Shown: positions 29,864-40,278, counted from the stretch's first letter. The stretch is 64,000 nt of DNA from Sulfurospirillum sp. (GCA_045047115.1 JASFYR010000008.1:77278-141277), one strand, 5' to 3'. The notes: generated from the sequence alone by a model not told the origin. A program made the numbers and translations.

Positions 29864-31308
29864 AGTCCTACTCCTAATGCATAATTGAGATAGCTAGTCG
29901 GATGCAGTAGTGCATTTGCGGCTAAATCCGTATAGTGAAGCAGAAATGACGGATATATGCCAAAAAACACAATGAGTGCTGCTAAAACAGTGAGTATGGC
30001 ATAGTTTACAGCTCCAATATTTATCACTACTTTTGCTCTTTTTTTGTCTGTCATCATAGCGATAATTCTAAAAAAGTATATCGCTTCTACAATCGATACT
30101 AAAAGTATAAATGCAACAGCACCGTAGTTGTGTGAAAGTGCAAAACCTTTTAGTATAAGTATTTTTCCTATAAATCCACTAAACGGTGGAATTCCGAGGA
30201 CCGATAAAAATGATATGATAAGCACAAGAGTCAAAAATGTTGATTTAAAACCGCCTAAGATATCTATTTTCATACTTTTTAGTTTATGTATCAATATACC
30301 CAGAGCCAAAAATATCAACAGTTTTGATATAGAGTGGCTGGTTAGCTGAAATAGCGCACCCGAGACCGTAGTGAGTGAATCTGTACTAAATGCCATAAAC
30401 AAGATACCCAGCTGTCCGAGTGTTGAGTAGGCAAAAAGCCTTTTGACATTTGTTTGATTTAGTGCGGTAAATTCGGAGACAAGAAATGTCACGCCACCTA
30501 TAACAAGTACAAAAAGCATATATTTTGAGTTCAATCCAAATAGATAAAAAAGGTGAAAAAAGACAAAAAGGTAGGCTTTTGCCACAACTGAGCTAAAGAG
30601 TCCGTTCACAGGAGTTATGCTACCTTGGTAGATATCCGGTGCCCAAAAGTTCATGGGAAAAAGCTCCGCTTTTGTGCCAAACCCCATAAAAAGCATCAAG
30701 ACAATAAGAACTGAGATTTTTGGATCTATCAGGTGAAATCTTTGTGCTATGAGACCTAGATTTACAGTACCGATCTGCAGATATATGAGCATGATTGCAA
30801 AAACTATAAATATAGAAGCGATGGAACCGATAATGAGGTACTTGATACCGGATTCCAGCCCCGGCTTGTCTTTGTTGTATGCTGAAAGTGTGTATGAGCA
30901 AATACCTGTAATCTCAAAGAAAATATAGAGGTTAAATATATCGCAGCTCAGTATCATGCCGATACTGCCGGCTATGAGCATATTGAAAAAGACATAAAAT
31001 CTAGCCTCATCTCTCTTTTGGTGCGCTTTAAAAAACCAAGGCATATACAAAGACACCATAAGCCCGGAAAATGTAAAAATCAACAAAAAGAGCAAAGAGT
31101 ACCCATCCAGTATAAACGCGATTCCCAAAGGAGGTTTTATAGAAAACTCAGAAATCTGTGGAAGAGTTACACCTGTGTAAGCTAAAGTTTGTAAAAATAG
31201 AAGTAAATTTAAGACTATAGAACTAGCTCTAAGGACTCCTAGTTTTTTAAAATACGGAGTTAAAAATGAAAAAATTACGGGTAGTAAAAAATAGTAACCT
31301 AAGCTCAT
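29860..31308 (-). CDS. mbxH: Mrp-Mbx antiporter-like subunit H (MnhD-like)
   Basis: DIFNLYIFFE, KAELFPMNFWAPD, AYSTLGQLG, GIPPFSGFIGK. Confidence 0.87.
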   Translation of the reverse strand: MSLGYYFLLPVIFSFLTPYFKKLGVLRASSIVLNLLLFLQTLAYTGVTLPQISEFSIKPPLGIAFILDGYSLLFLLIFTFSGLMVSLYMPWFFKAHQKRDEARFYVFFNMLIAGSIGMILSCDIFNLYIFFEITGICSYTLSAYNKDKPGLESGIKYLIIGSIASIFIVFAIMLIYLQIGTVNLGLIAQRFHLIDPKISVLIVLMLFMGFGTKAELFPMNFWAPDIYQGSITPVNGLFSSVVAKAYLFVFFHLFYLFGLNSKYMLFVLVIGGVTFLVSEFTALNQTNVKRLFAYSTLGQLGILFMAFSTDSLTTVSGALFQLTSHSISKLLIFLALGILIHKLKSMKIDILGGFKSTFLTLVLIISFLSVLGIPPFSGFIGKILILKGFALSHNYGAVAFILLVSIVEAIYFFRIIAMMTDKKRAKVVINIGAVNYAILTVLAALIVFFGIYPSFLLHYTDLAANALLHPTSYLNYALGVGL

Positions 31309-31309
31309 A

Positions 31310-31687
31310 TCAATCCCTTAATTCATTCATTTTAGATATATCATTTCTGCCTGTGAGTTTATAGTACTCTATACCAAACGACAATCCAAGCGCCAAGATC
31401 GCAAGTCCTATAACGATGGTTGTCAAAATCATCGCCTGAGGAACAGGATCCACCATATTTGTAAATGTTTTTAGATTTTTATCAACTATCGGTGCTACCA
31501 AACCAACTTTATAGTGAAGTCCTATAAAAAATAAAAAGAGGGCTGACTCCATGATATCAAAAGAGACGAGAAGTTTTACCAGGTTTTTTTGTGTGGCGAT
31601 TCCGTAAAATCCAACAAAAAAAAGAGACATGGAGCCCACTATGATGATAAAATGTATAGTCTGTGTATCATTAAAAAACTCAAGCAT
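31310..31687 (-). CDS. mbxG: Mrp-Mbx subunit G (MnhC-like)
   Basis: NLVKLL, DPVPQAMILTTIVIG. Confidence 0.88.
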   Translation of the reverse strand: MLEFFNDTQTIHFIIIVGSMSLFFVGFYGIATQKNLVKLLVSFDIMESALFLFFIGLHYKVGLVAPIVDKNLKTFTNMVDPVPQAMILTTIVIGLAILALGLSFGIEYYKLTGRNDISKMNELRD

Positions 31688-32408
31688 CGCACACCTCTTT
31701 ATAGTAATCTTCTTTTATAAAATACTCCACAATCACGCTCATCTCGCTTCCGACTTTTATACCTACTATGATGTAAATCACAGGGATAATACCACCACTT
31801 ATCAACTCTCCTATCTCACTAATCGGGTGAGGCAGGAAGTTTCCAAGCAGGATATTCATCTTGAAGAGTCCGATGATAGCAATCAGGATATATGCTAAAC
31901 CGCTTAAAGATTCACCAAGTGTCAAAATACTATGGCTCAGAGACATATTTGGATTTGCTAAAAACAGCAATAAGAAGGCTGTAGCTATAACAACACCACC
32001 TTGAAATCCTCCACCGGGACTTAAATGTCCATGGATGATGATATATACACCAAAGAGAACAATCACACTCATCAGCAGACGACCCCCGACATTTAGTATG
32101 AAGCTATCTTGTTTTACAACTTTTGCACAAGTTCTCTGGGTAGTGCTAAGCATCAGTGCCACACCGGATGTTGCTAAAAACAACACTGTGACTTCACCGA
32201 CAGTATCAATTCCTCTGAAAAATGTAACAACAGAAGTTACTGCATTTGCTGTGGCTGTTTGCATATTTAGATTTAAAAACAGATCCCCGACTGTTTCAAA
32301 TGTATCTGTTTTGACTTGCATAAGAAGTCCTAGAATTGACAGAAGAAGAGCAGAAGACAGTATGGATAGAACTATATGCTTGAGTCTTAACTCTTTTTTT
32401 AGATTCAT
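31680..32408 (-). CDS. mbxF: Mrp-Mbx subunit F (MnhB-like)
   Basis: ANAVTSVV..FRGIDTVGE, HGHLSPGGGFQGG. Confidence 0.88.
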   Translation of the reverse strand: MNLKKELRLKHIVLSILSSALLLSILGLLMQVKTDTFETVGDLFLNLNMQTATANAVTSVVTFFRGIDTVGEVTVLFLATSGVALMLSTTQRTCAKVVKQDSFILNVGGRLLMSVIVLFGVYIIIHGHLSPGGGFQGGVVIATAFLLLFLANPNMSLSHSILTLGESLSGLAYILIAIIGLFKMNILLGNFLPHPISEIGELISGGIIPVIYIIVGIKVGSEMSVIVEYFIKEDYYKEVCDA

Positions 32409-32653
32409 GACTCCACCTCCTCTTGTGAAGTGTGCCTTATACCGAGTAAAAATACAGCTGCACTGAGCCCGGTACCTATAACAGCTTCAGTAAGTGCAAC
32501 ATCAGGAGCTTGAAATATGAAGAAAAGAACAACGCTTCCAAGACCGACTGCCATAAAAAGCATAACAGACTGCGTAATGTCTTTACTTAAAATTGCTCCT
32601 ACAGCTACTGCGATAATCGACAAAAAGGTAAAAAGTATAAGTAAACCTATCAT
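32405..32653 (-). CDS. mbxD: Mrp-Mbx subunit D (DUF4040/MbhD-like)
   Basis: QAPDVALTEAVIG motif. Confidence 0.85.
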   Translation of the reverse strand: MIGLLILFTFLSIIAVAVGAILSKDITQSVMLFMAVGLGSVVLFFIFQAPDVALTEAVIGTGLSAAVFLLGIRHTSQEEVES

Positions 32654-32985
32654 TCTTCATTCTCCTTCGAAGTCTCTTTGAGTGCATCAGTTCCACTTGT
32701 ATTGTAAACACTTTTATAAAATCTTTTATATGTAGTCATCGCCAACACAGAAGAAGATATAGGATTTGTAATGAGTATAAAAACAGCTAAAACGATGAGT
32801 TTAAATGCCCATTGTGGCTCAAAACAGGCAACTGCCAAAATCACCAGCAAAGAGCCAAGCGTCGAAGCCTTTGTTGCTGCTTGCATCCTTGTTAGGGTGT
32901 CTGGCATACGAAGCAGTCCAAGACCGCTTATTAAAAACAGTACAGCTCCTAAAAGCCCAAGTATGTAACCTAAGAAAACCAGCAT
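32650..32985 (-). CDS. mbxC: Mrp-Mbx subunit C (MnhG-like)
   Basis: GLLRMPD..TRMQAATKASTLG, TNPISS. Confidence 0.88.
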   Translation of the reverse strand: MLVFLGYILGLLGAVLFLISGLGLLRMPDTLTRMQAATKASTLGSLLVILAVACFEPQWAFKLIVLAVFILITNPISSSVLAMTTYKRFYKSVYNTSGTDALKETSKENEE

Positions 32986-33233
32986 TAAAACTCCTTATCC
33001 AAGAATTTGGCAAATACAACAGTACCTACAAATCCAATCAGTCCAAAAACAAATGCCACATCAAGATATAGACTTTTTTGAAAATAAAAAGAGAGTACAA
33101 CCAACAGTGAAGTGGCAATGATACTCATCGAATCAAAGGCTACAACCCGATCAGCGAGAGTTGGACCTCTTAAGAATCTAACCAAGACCAGAAGCAGTGA
33201 TAACGCTATAAGCAAAATCAAAAAATTTAACAT
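32985..33233 (-). CDS. mbxB: Mrp-Mbx subunit B (MnhF-like)
   Basis: RFLRGPTLADRVVAFD, YLDVA; ATG 33233 after GGGGTGA RBS. Confidence 0.88.
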   Translation of the reverse strand: MLNFLILLIALSLLLVLVRFLRGPTLADRVVAFDSMSIIATSLLVVLSFYFQKSLYLDVAFVFGLIGFVGTVVFAKFLDKEF

Positions 33234-33364
33234 AATCACCCCATTAAAATTTACTTTATGCAAGATTATCTTGAATATGCTTTTTGATTGCTAAGCAATT
33301 GTAATTATTTTATTTACTTAATATTAATATTAGAGAGATAACAAACAAATGACAAAAATATATG

Positions 33365-34531
33365 CTATTTTTTATTTTCTAAATAGTTCAGCAGATTAAA
33401 CAATTCTTGATTTTCTTCGTTTAATTTGGATTTGTCAAGGGTCTTGAGGTAGTATCTTAAAAATGTCAAAGAGCTGTATGGATAGGGTATGTTTGATTCT
33501 TCAAAGCGGGCTATTATAGCTTTTGAGTAACTTGCTTTTTTCCACATAAGTCTGTCAAACAAAAATGCCATAGAATCAAGTATCTCTATAAGGCTTTTTA
33601 TATTTTTTTCATATGAGGATTCAAATTTTTCACTAAATTCATTGAAAAAGTGTTCAAAATACTCATCAGTTATGGGTAAAAGCATTTCATTTTCTTCTCT
33701 TAGGGTGCCAATATAGTCAATAGCATCGACATAAAGACTCTTTAGATGCTTGATATTATGCTTAAGAGTTGTGAGTTCCAGATCATCTTTGTTGAGTTCT
33801 CCTAGCTGAGCCATTTTCTGTTTAATTTCACTTTCCATTACGCTTAGACTTGCTTTTAGACTCTTCATGGCGGAGATATTTCTCTCTAAGCGTTTTTTTG
33901 CCTCCTTGTATCTTGTATATCTTAAAAATATATTTGAAAATGCAATTTTTGGGTACATATAGCTTTTTTTGTATATATTGTATATATCATTTATGTTTTG
34001 AATGTTTTGATAGACTTCTGTGAGATTTCCATCAGCAAGTGAACTGTCTATCTCCAAAAGATTGTTATAAGCGGTAAATAAAAATCTTTTTATCCTAAAA
34101 TAATCCAATCTCTCGTCACCTGATTGAAGTTCATAATCTTTGTATTTACTGACAGTATCCCTTAAAGAAGAGAAAAAATTGTTCATTGTGGTATTTATAA
34201 AGTTTTTTGGAACAGTTTTTATAGAGTAAAAATCCGGGTCAATTTTTTTATCAATTGACTCTATATTCTCATCTGGCAAGCTTGTTTGGAGTATAGTCTT
34301 TTTTGCATCTTGTATATCTATGGGATTGTTGGTTTTAGTATCGGCTTTGGACTGCTTCTTGATACTTTTGGCAATCCCGTCTTCCAAGACAAAAGAGACC
34401 TTTAGTCCAATCTGCGGTAAGTTGTCTAAATCATCCCAAGATTCTATATCAAATCTATACTTCTGTTTTTCATTTGAAAGTATCAAACCAGTGCCATTAT
34501 CAGTATTGTAAAATATAATAGTTCCATTCAT
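33365..34531 (-). CDS. Hypothetical protein, N-terminal cold-shock/OB-like segment plus coiled coil
   Basis: MNGTIIFYNTDNGTGLI..GLKVSF N-terminus; heptad-rich middle. Confidence 0.6.
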   Translation of the reverse strand: MNGTIIFYNTDNGTGLILSNEKQKYRFDIESWDDLDNLPQIGLKVSFVLEDGIAKSIKKQSKADTKTNNPIDIQDAKKTILQTSLPDENIESIDKKIDPDFYSIKTVPKNFINTTMNNFFSSLRDTVSKYKDYELQSGDERLDYFRIKRFLFTAYNNLLEIDSSLADGNLTEVYQNIQNINDIYNIYKKSYMYPKIAFSNIFLRYTRYKEAKKRLERNISAMKSLKASLSVMESEIKQKMAQLGELNKDDLELTTLKHNIKHLKSLYVDAIDYIGTLREENEMLLPITDEYFEHFFNEFSEKFESSYEKNIKSLIEILDSMAFLFDRLMWKKASYSKAIIARFEESNIPYPYSSLTFLRYYLKTLDKSKLNEENQELFNLLNYLENKK

Positions 34532-34596
34532 ATAAACACCTTTGACATAAGCATAGCATATTATTTTTTAATATCCTATATGATAGAATTCTACCT

Positions 34597-35220
34597 ATGA
34601 TTAATGAAACTTTTTTACTCGATATCGCAGATTTTATCGGAATAGCATCCTTTGCACTTAGTGGTTTTTATATCGCAACCAAGGATAGACTGGATATATT
34701 GGGTGTATTTATAGCCTCTTTTTTGACGGCACTCGGAGGCGGTATCATAAGAGACATTATAGTAAACCGTGCACCTTTTACATTTTTGCACTCTTATCCC
34801 TCTTTGATTGTTGTTTGCGTGTTGGTTTTAAGTGTTTTGTTGGGACTGCATAAAAGCGATAGGATTTTAAAGAGCAAGCTTTTGATTCTTAGTGACTCTG
34901 TCGGTCTTATCTCTTTTTCTATCTCAGGTTCCCTAGTGGCTTTACAGGCTGGATTTAGTCTCTTTGGGGTCAGTTTGCTGGCGGTTATCACAGCAACGGG
35001 AGGAGGAGTTATGAGAGATATTCTTCTAAATAAAATACCACTTCTTTTGGTAAGTGAACTCTATGGCACCATATCCATAATGGTGGCTGTGATTATTTTT
35101 ATTTTAAGTATCTGTGGTGGTGTAAATTTTTTCACACTGGGCATAGTGTTTGTTGTGGCTCTTGCATTTAGGCTTTTGGCATATTATAAAAAATGGCATT
35201 TACCACATTTGAGCGATTAA
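34597..35220 (+). CDS. TRIC/UPF0126 (YicG-like) membrane protein
   Basis: Duplicated TALGGGIIRD / TATGGGVMRD motifs. Confidence 0.9.
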   Translation: MINETFLLDIADFIGIASFALSGFYIATKDRLDILGVFIASFLTALGGGIIRDIIVNRAPFTFLHSYPSLIVVCVLVLSVLLGLHKSDRILKSKLLILSDSVGLISFSISGSLVALQAGFSLFGVSLLAVITATGGGVMRDILLNKIPLLLVSELYGTISIMVAVIIFILSICGGVNFFTLGIVFVVALAFRLLAYYKKWHLPHLSD

Positions 35221-35257
35221 AGTTAATTTGCTATAATTGTAACAAAAGGAAAAAGAT

Positions 35258-36442
35258 ATGTATGAAGAAATGGACAAAGATTTTGTATTAAATACTTATG
35301 CGAGAAATTGTGTAAATTTTAAGCAGGGTATCAATGCAACACTCTATGATGACAAAGGCAAGGATTATATAGATTTTACAAGTGGCATAGGTGTGAGTAG
35401 TGTGGGGCACGGCAACGCAAGACTTGCAAATGTCATATGTGAGCAGGCAAAAAATCTGATACACACTTCAAATCTATATCTAATCGAACCACAGGCAAAA
35501 CTTGCCAAAAGACTTGTTGAGCTAAGCGGTTTTGATATGGCAGTATTTTTTGGGAACTCGGGTGCTGAGGCAAACGAGGGCGCTATAAAGATAGCCAGAA
35601 AATATGGTGAGAAAAACTTTGATAACAAAAAATATAAAATTATCACATTGGAAAATTCATTTCATGGCAGAACCATCACAACAGTAAAAGCAACAGGGCA
35701 AAAAAGCTTTCACAAATCGGATTTTAGTCCATACCCGGATGGTTTTTCATATGATAAAAATATAAAAAAGATATATGAGTCTATAGATGATGAGACTGTG
35801 GCTGTTATGATTGAATTGGTTCAAGGAGAGGGCGGAGTCCAGCCTTTTGCAAAGAGTGAAATCAAAGAATTAGCAGATTATCTAAAAAAGAGAGGTCTCT
35901 TGCTTATCGTAGATGAGGTGCAGACAGGAGTTTATCGAAGCGGTGAGTTTTTGGCGACAAATCTGTACGATATAGAGCCTGATATCATCACTTTGGCAAA
36001 AGGACTTGCAGGCGGTGTGCCTATCGGAGCTGTGATGACAAAACATAAAGATATATTTGAGCCCGGAGATCACGGAAGTACATTTGGAGGAAATTTTTTA
36101 AGTACAAGAGCTGGATTGGAAGTTATAAGTATATTGGACAGCTATAAAAACAGCGGTTTGCTTGATGAGACATTTTTGTATTTTGAAGAAGAGTTATCAA
36201 AAATTTGTAAAAGTTTTCCAAACTTTTTTACAGAGCATGTAGGTCTGGGACTGATGAGAGGTTTTAGATGCAAAGATGCCGATACCCTCTCTAAAATCAT
36301 AGATGCTTGTTTCAATGAAGGACTTTTAGTTTTAAAAGCCGGTAAAAATACACTCAGAATGTTGCCCCCTGTTACGATAAGTAAAGATGAGATAAATGAA
36401 GGATTTAAAAGGATGACAAGTGCGCTTGATTGGCTGTCTTAG
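35258..36442 (+). CDS. argD: Acetylornithine aminotransferase
   Basis: NSGAEANEGAIK, SFHGRT, QGEGG, DEVQTG, AKGLAGG, HGSTFGGN. Confidence 0.92.
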   Translation: MYEEMDKDFVLNTYARNCVNFKQGINATLYDDKGKDYIDFTSGIGVSSVGHGNARLANVICEQAKNLIHTSNLYLIEPQAKLAKRLVELSGFDMAVFFGNSGAEANEGAIKIARKYGEKNFDNKKYKIITLENSFHGRTITTVKATGQKSFHKSDFSPYPDGFSYDKNIKKIYESIDDETVAVMIELVQGEGGVQPFAKSEIKELADYLKKRGLLLIVDEVQTGVYRSGEFLATNLYDIEPDIITLAKGLAGGVPIGAVMTKHKDIFEPGDHGSTFGGNFLSTRAGLEVISILDSYKNSGLLDETFLYFEEELSKICKSFPNFFTEHVGLGLMRGFRCKDADTLSKIIDACFNEGLLVLKAGKNTLRMLPPVTISKDEINEGFKRMTSALDWLS

Positions 36443-37598
36443 TTTAGGTATTGTTTCAGTTTTTACTATGGTGCAAGCTGGAAATGTAACGCTTTTGTCA
36501 AAATTAAAACAAGATATACTTGCAAATGAAAAAAAGACAAATGAATTAAACAGTGACAATTTAGAAAAGAGCTGGATAAACAGTGTAGTAGGCTCTTTTT
36601 CATATAGCAATAGCGACTCAAGTGGTGAAAGAAGAGAGTCAAATACCCTTTCTGTGTCTATAAATCAGCCGATTTTTAAGAGTGGAGGTATATATTATGC
36701 TATAAAATATGCTGATGCAAACAGGGGTTTTTTAAGAATCAGTACCAAGCTTAATGAACAGACAGAGATAAAGACTGTGCTCTCTTCACTCTATAGCCTA
36801 AAAAAACTAGATTTGCAGATTCAAAAGCAAAAGTATATGATTGACAATGCCAATATAGATATAATCAGAAGAAAAGAGCAATATATAAGCGGTTTTTTGG
36901 ATAGCAGTTATCTAAATCAGGCTATACTTTCGCAGAGTACTCTTCAGAGGTCACTATTGGATATGAAATCAAGCAGGCTTGAGCTTCTAAGAACACTAAA
37001 GTCATATAGTGATGCCGACATAGATACTGTTTCTCTTCCTCATTTTACGCTGATAAATAAAACAGAATTTTTAAATAAATCTCTATTGTTGAGACAAAAA
37101 AACAGTGAAATAATAAAAAACAATTACCTTAAAAAGATGACACTCTCAAGCTATCTGCCAACAGTGACTTTCAGTGCAGGCTACTATGATACACGAGATT
37201 TTGGTACCAGAAAATATACAAGCTTTGGGTTAAGTGTGAGTATGCCTCTTGTGGATATAAACAGAGGCAGAAGCATAGAGATAAAAAGATTGGAGTATCT
37301 TAAATCAAAACTCGAACTTCAAGATACAAAAAGAGCAGAGAGTGAAACTTTTGATTTGGCTGTAAAAAAGATAAAACTTTTGGAGAAGAAAATTGCTTTG
37401 GCAAAAGTTGATTTGAAACTGTATGATTCGCTTTTGCTGTCCACAAGGGACTCATACAAAGCAGGTGAGAAGACTATATATGATGTAGATACTCTGAAAA
37501 ATTCTAAAAACACGATGGCTCTTGATATAAAAATCTTCAAAACAGATATAGAGCTCTCCTTATTAGATTTATATGCGAAGATGAATGGAAAAATTTAG
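36420..37598 (+). CDS. TolC-family outer-membrane efflux protein
   Basis: Signal peptide; INQPIF..GG and YLPTV..GLSVSMPL repeats. Confidence 0.75.
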   Translation: MRLIGCLSLGIVSVFTMVQAGNVTLLSKLKQDILANEKKTNELNSDNLEKSWINSVVGSFSYSNSDSSGERRESNTLSVSINQPIFKSGGIYYAIKYADANRGFLRISTKLNEQTEIKTVLSSLYSLKKLDLQIQKQKYMIDNANIDIIRRKEQYISGFLDSSYLNQAILSQSTLQRSLLDMKSSRLELLRTLKSYSDADIDTVSLPHFTLINKTEFLNKSLLLRQKNSEIIKNNYLKKMTLSSYLPTVTFSAGYYDTRDFGTRKYTSFGLSVSMPLVDINRGRSIEIKRLEYLKSKLELQDTKRAESETFDLAVKKIKLLEKKIALAKVDLKLYDSLLLSTRDSYKAGEKTIYDVDTLKNSKNTMALDIKIFKTDIELSLLDLYAKMNGKI

Positions 37599-38619
37599 CT
37601 CTTATATGCAAGATTGGCTCTATGGCAAAGGCGGATACTATGAGAGCCACAAAGAGATAGGTAAAAAAGGTGATTTTTATACTGCTGTTAGCAGCTCTAT
37701 GTTTTTTGGCGGTTCAATCAGTAAGAGGCTTGTGAGCGTTATAGAGAGTGGTTTTTTAAGTCCAACTTGCAATGTTGTTGAGATAGGAGCTCACAAAGGT
37801 TACCTGCTGGCTGATATAGTTCAGTTTATATATACACTGAAACCTGAGCTTTTAAAGACATTGAATTTTGTGATAATCGAGCCTTTTGAGCAAAATAGAG
37901 ATGCTCAAATTGAGTACTTTAATGAGTCATTTGGAGGTGCTGTAAAACTGAGCCATTTTTCATCGCTTGCAGAGTTAAAGTGTGAAGAGGCTTTTTTTGT
38001 AGCAAATGAAATATTTGATGCATTTACATGTGAAGTGGTAAAAAACGGACAGATGCTGATGCTTGAAAATGGAACTTTAACCTTTGGGCAAATGGATGAC
38101 GCAACCAGGAAACTTTCAAATTATTATGATATACATAAAGGCGAGATACCTTTGGGATATGAAGAGTTTGCGCAAGATATGTTTGGAAGTGCCAAAAAAT
38201 ACGAATTTATAACATTTGACTATGGTGACAGATATGCACGAGAGGACTTTTCTCTCAGGGTTTATGACAAGCACAATGTGTATCCTTTTTTCTCACTTAC
38301 AAGGTTTGTGAAAGATGAAAACAGAGATAAAAACTTCAAAGATTTTTATAAAAAAAGTGACATTACTTATGATGTAAATTTTGACTATCTTATAAAAGCT
38401 TTTGAAAAAAGTGGAGCAAAACTAGAGATGTTTTCCAGTCAATTTTCGGCTTTGATGAAATTTGGCTTGGCTGAACTTTTGGAAATATTACAAAAAAATT
38501 CCACAGAAGCTGTCTATAAAAGAGAGATAGACAAAGTAAAAATTCTCATAGACCCATCTATGATGGGAGAGAGATTTAAGATGGCAGCATTCAGAAAAGA
38601 GTTCGAACCCAGTTTATAA
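37585..38619 (+). CDS. MidA/NDUFAF7-family SAM-dependent methyltransferase
   Basis: FSSYM..WLY...GYY, GDFYTAV, VEIGA, ANEIFDAF, FDYG, DITYDVNF, MGERFK. Confidence 0.88.
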   Translation: MEKFSSYMQDWLYGKGGYYESHKEIGKKGDFYTAVSSSMFFGGSISKRLVSVIESGFLSPTCNVVEIGAHKGYLLADIVQFIYTLKPELLKTLNFVIIEPFEQNRDAQIEYFNESFGGAVKLSHFSSLAELKCEEAFFVANEIFDAFTCEVVKNGQMLMLENGTLTFGQMDDATRKLSNYYDIHKGEIPLGYEEFAQDMFGSAKKYEFITFDYGDRYAREDFSLRVYDKHNVYPFFSLTRFVKDENRDKNFKDFYKKSDITYDVNFDYLIKAFEKSGAKLEMFSSQFSALMKFGLAELLEILQKNSTEAVYKREIDKVKILIDPSMMGERFKMAAFRKEFEPSL

Positions 38620-38702
38620 ACAGATAAAAATTGTCTTATTTAAAAATAAGTATAAATTTGTTATAATATAATTATAATCTAATTAAATTATAAGGAATTA
38701 AA

Positions 38703-39272
38703 ATGAAAAAAAGTATATTGACCATAGGTATTGCTACTGCTTTATTGTCACTTTCAGCCCAGGCTGCTGGTGATAAAGAGATTAAAATGGAAGCAAAGAG
38801 TGCTATTATGAAGCTTGGCAAGACATTAAAAGCTGAAGTTGTTAAAAATATGAAGGCTCACGGACCGCAGAGCACCGCCTATTTTTGTTATAAAAGTGCA
38901 GGAGATCTTACAAAAAGAGTTAATGCTACTTATCCAAAAGGGATAAGCGTGAAGAGGATTTCCCTTAAAAATAGAAACAAAAATGCTTATCCTGTTGCAA
39001 AAGATGAGTTTGCAATGCTTAAAAAACTACAAAAACAGGTAAATAATGGCAAAAAACTTCCAAAGATGATAGTAGAAAAGATCTCTGAAAATCACTACAA
39101 AGTCTATAAGCCGATTTTTGTTGGTAAAAAATGTCTCGTCTGCCATGGAGATGCAAAGCATAGAAACAAAGATGCGTATAAGACTATAAAAGAGAAGTAT
39201 CCGAACGATAAAGCTATAGGCTATAAATTAAATGACTTTAGGGGTGCATTTGTAGCGGAGATAATAAAATAG
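38703..39272 (+). CDS. Periplasmic c-type cytochrome, DUF3365/Tll0287-like
   Basis: Signal peptide, KRISLKNRN, CLVCHG haem motif, YPNDKAIGY...RGAF. Confidence 0.85.
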   Translation: MKKSILTIGIATALLSLSAQAAGDKEIKMEAKSAIMKLGKTLKAEVVKNMKAHGPQSTAYFCYKSAGDLTKRVNATYPKGISVKRISLKNRNKNAYPVAKDEFAMLKKLQKQVNNGKKLPKMIVEKISENHYKVYKPIFVGKKCLVCHGDAKHRNKDAYKTIKEKYPNDKAIGYKLNDFRGAFVAEIIK

Positions 39273-39278
39273 AATGAT

Positions 39279-39303
39279 AAAAGGCTCTGGTGTGGAGCCT
39301 TTT
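39279..39303. terminator. Bidirectional intrinsic terminator
   Basis: AAAAGGCTC-N7-GAGCCTTTT between convergent genes. Confidence 0.7.
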
Positions 39304-39313
39304 ACTGATCGCT

Positions 39314-39694
39314 TTAAAGTTCCAAGTCTGTATTTTTTTGTTTTATTTTTGTATCTATCTGCGCTACAGCGATTGCAAAACCACTGTCATGTGCTATAGA
39401 CAGGTTTAAAGCGATTATATCAAACTCATTTATTAAGTGCTTGGAAAGTTTAAAGTAGGGTTTATTTTTTTCATCTTTAAAAATTTGTATATCAAAGAAG
39501 CTACATTTTTGACTTATTCCTAAACCTAATGCTTTTGAAATTGCCTCTTTTGCAGCCCAAAATCCAGCTATTGTATTTGTTGATTTTGCCAGTTTTATCT
39601 CTTCGATACTAAGAAATTTACTAAGCGCTTTGTCGCCAAAACGCTCTGTAAATCTTTTTATTCTGTCTATTTTTACTAGATCTATGCCTATCAT
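39314..39694 (-). CDS. acpS: Holo-[acyl-carrier-protein] synthase
   Basis: IGIDLV, AGFWAAKEAISKALG, SIAHD. Confidence 0.95.
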   Translation of the reverse strand: MIGIDLVKIDRIKRFTERFGDKALSKFLSIEEIKLAKSTNTIAGFWAAKEAISKALGLGISQKCSFFDIQIFKDEKNKPYFKLSKHLINEFDIIALNLSIAHDSGFAIAVAQIDTKIKQKNTDLEL

Positions 39695-40221
39695 TGAACA
39701 ACAAAGTCGGTAAAAAATATATTTTTTATCTGTCCATCTGCCAAAACATCATTTATTTTACTGACGATCTCATCTTTTAGTCTACTTTTACCTTTCATGG
39801 TGCTCACCTCTTCAAAAGTTTTTGAAGACAATACTCTGATGATGATATCTCTTATAAGAGGTTTTTTCTTATCTAATTCAGCAGAAAGTTCAGGCTTATC
39901 CATCTCCAGGTCGATAGTGGTTTTTAAGAACCTGCTACCATTTTCGCTAAGTAAATTTACTATAAATTGGCTCATAGGATACATAGGTCCTACAGTTAGA
40001 TAATCAGTAGACCTTTTAGTTGCCCGCTTTACCGTCTTGGTTTGTGCTTGTGGTGCAGTAGCATCAACCGCAGCATTATTTGAGCCGCTGAGTAAGAAAT
40101 AAGCAGCCAATCCTCCACCAACCAAAAGTAGAACAAGAAGTACTATCACGATGATAAGCACCATGTTTCCGCCAGATTTTTTTTCTACTACCTCTTCTTC
40201 ATCCGTTTTTTTATCTGCCAT
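39691..40221 (-). CDS. fliL: Flagellar basal-body protein FliL
   Basis: N-terminal TM, FIVNL, IRDIII, IFFTDFVVQ. Confidence 0.93.
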   Translation of the reverse strand: MADKKTDEEEVVEKKSGGNMVLIIVIVLLVLLLVGGGLAAYFLLSGSNNAAVDATAPQAQTKTVKRATKRSTDYLTVGPMYPMSQFIVNLLSENGSRFLKTTIDLEMDKPELSAELDKKKPLIRDIIIRVLSSKTFEEVSTMKGKSRLKDEIVSKINDVLADGQIKNIFFTDFVVQ

Positions 40222-40278
40222 AATTGGCTCCTTGTTTTATATTTTCTATAACTTATATCGTAAAATCTAAAAAAAATT

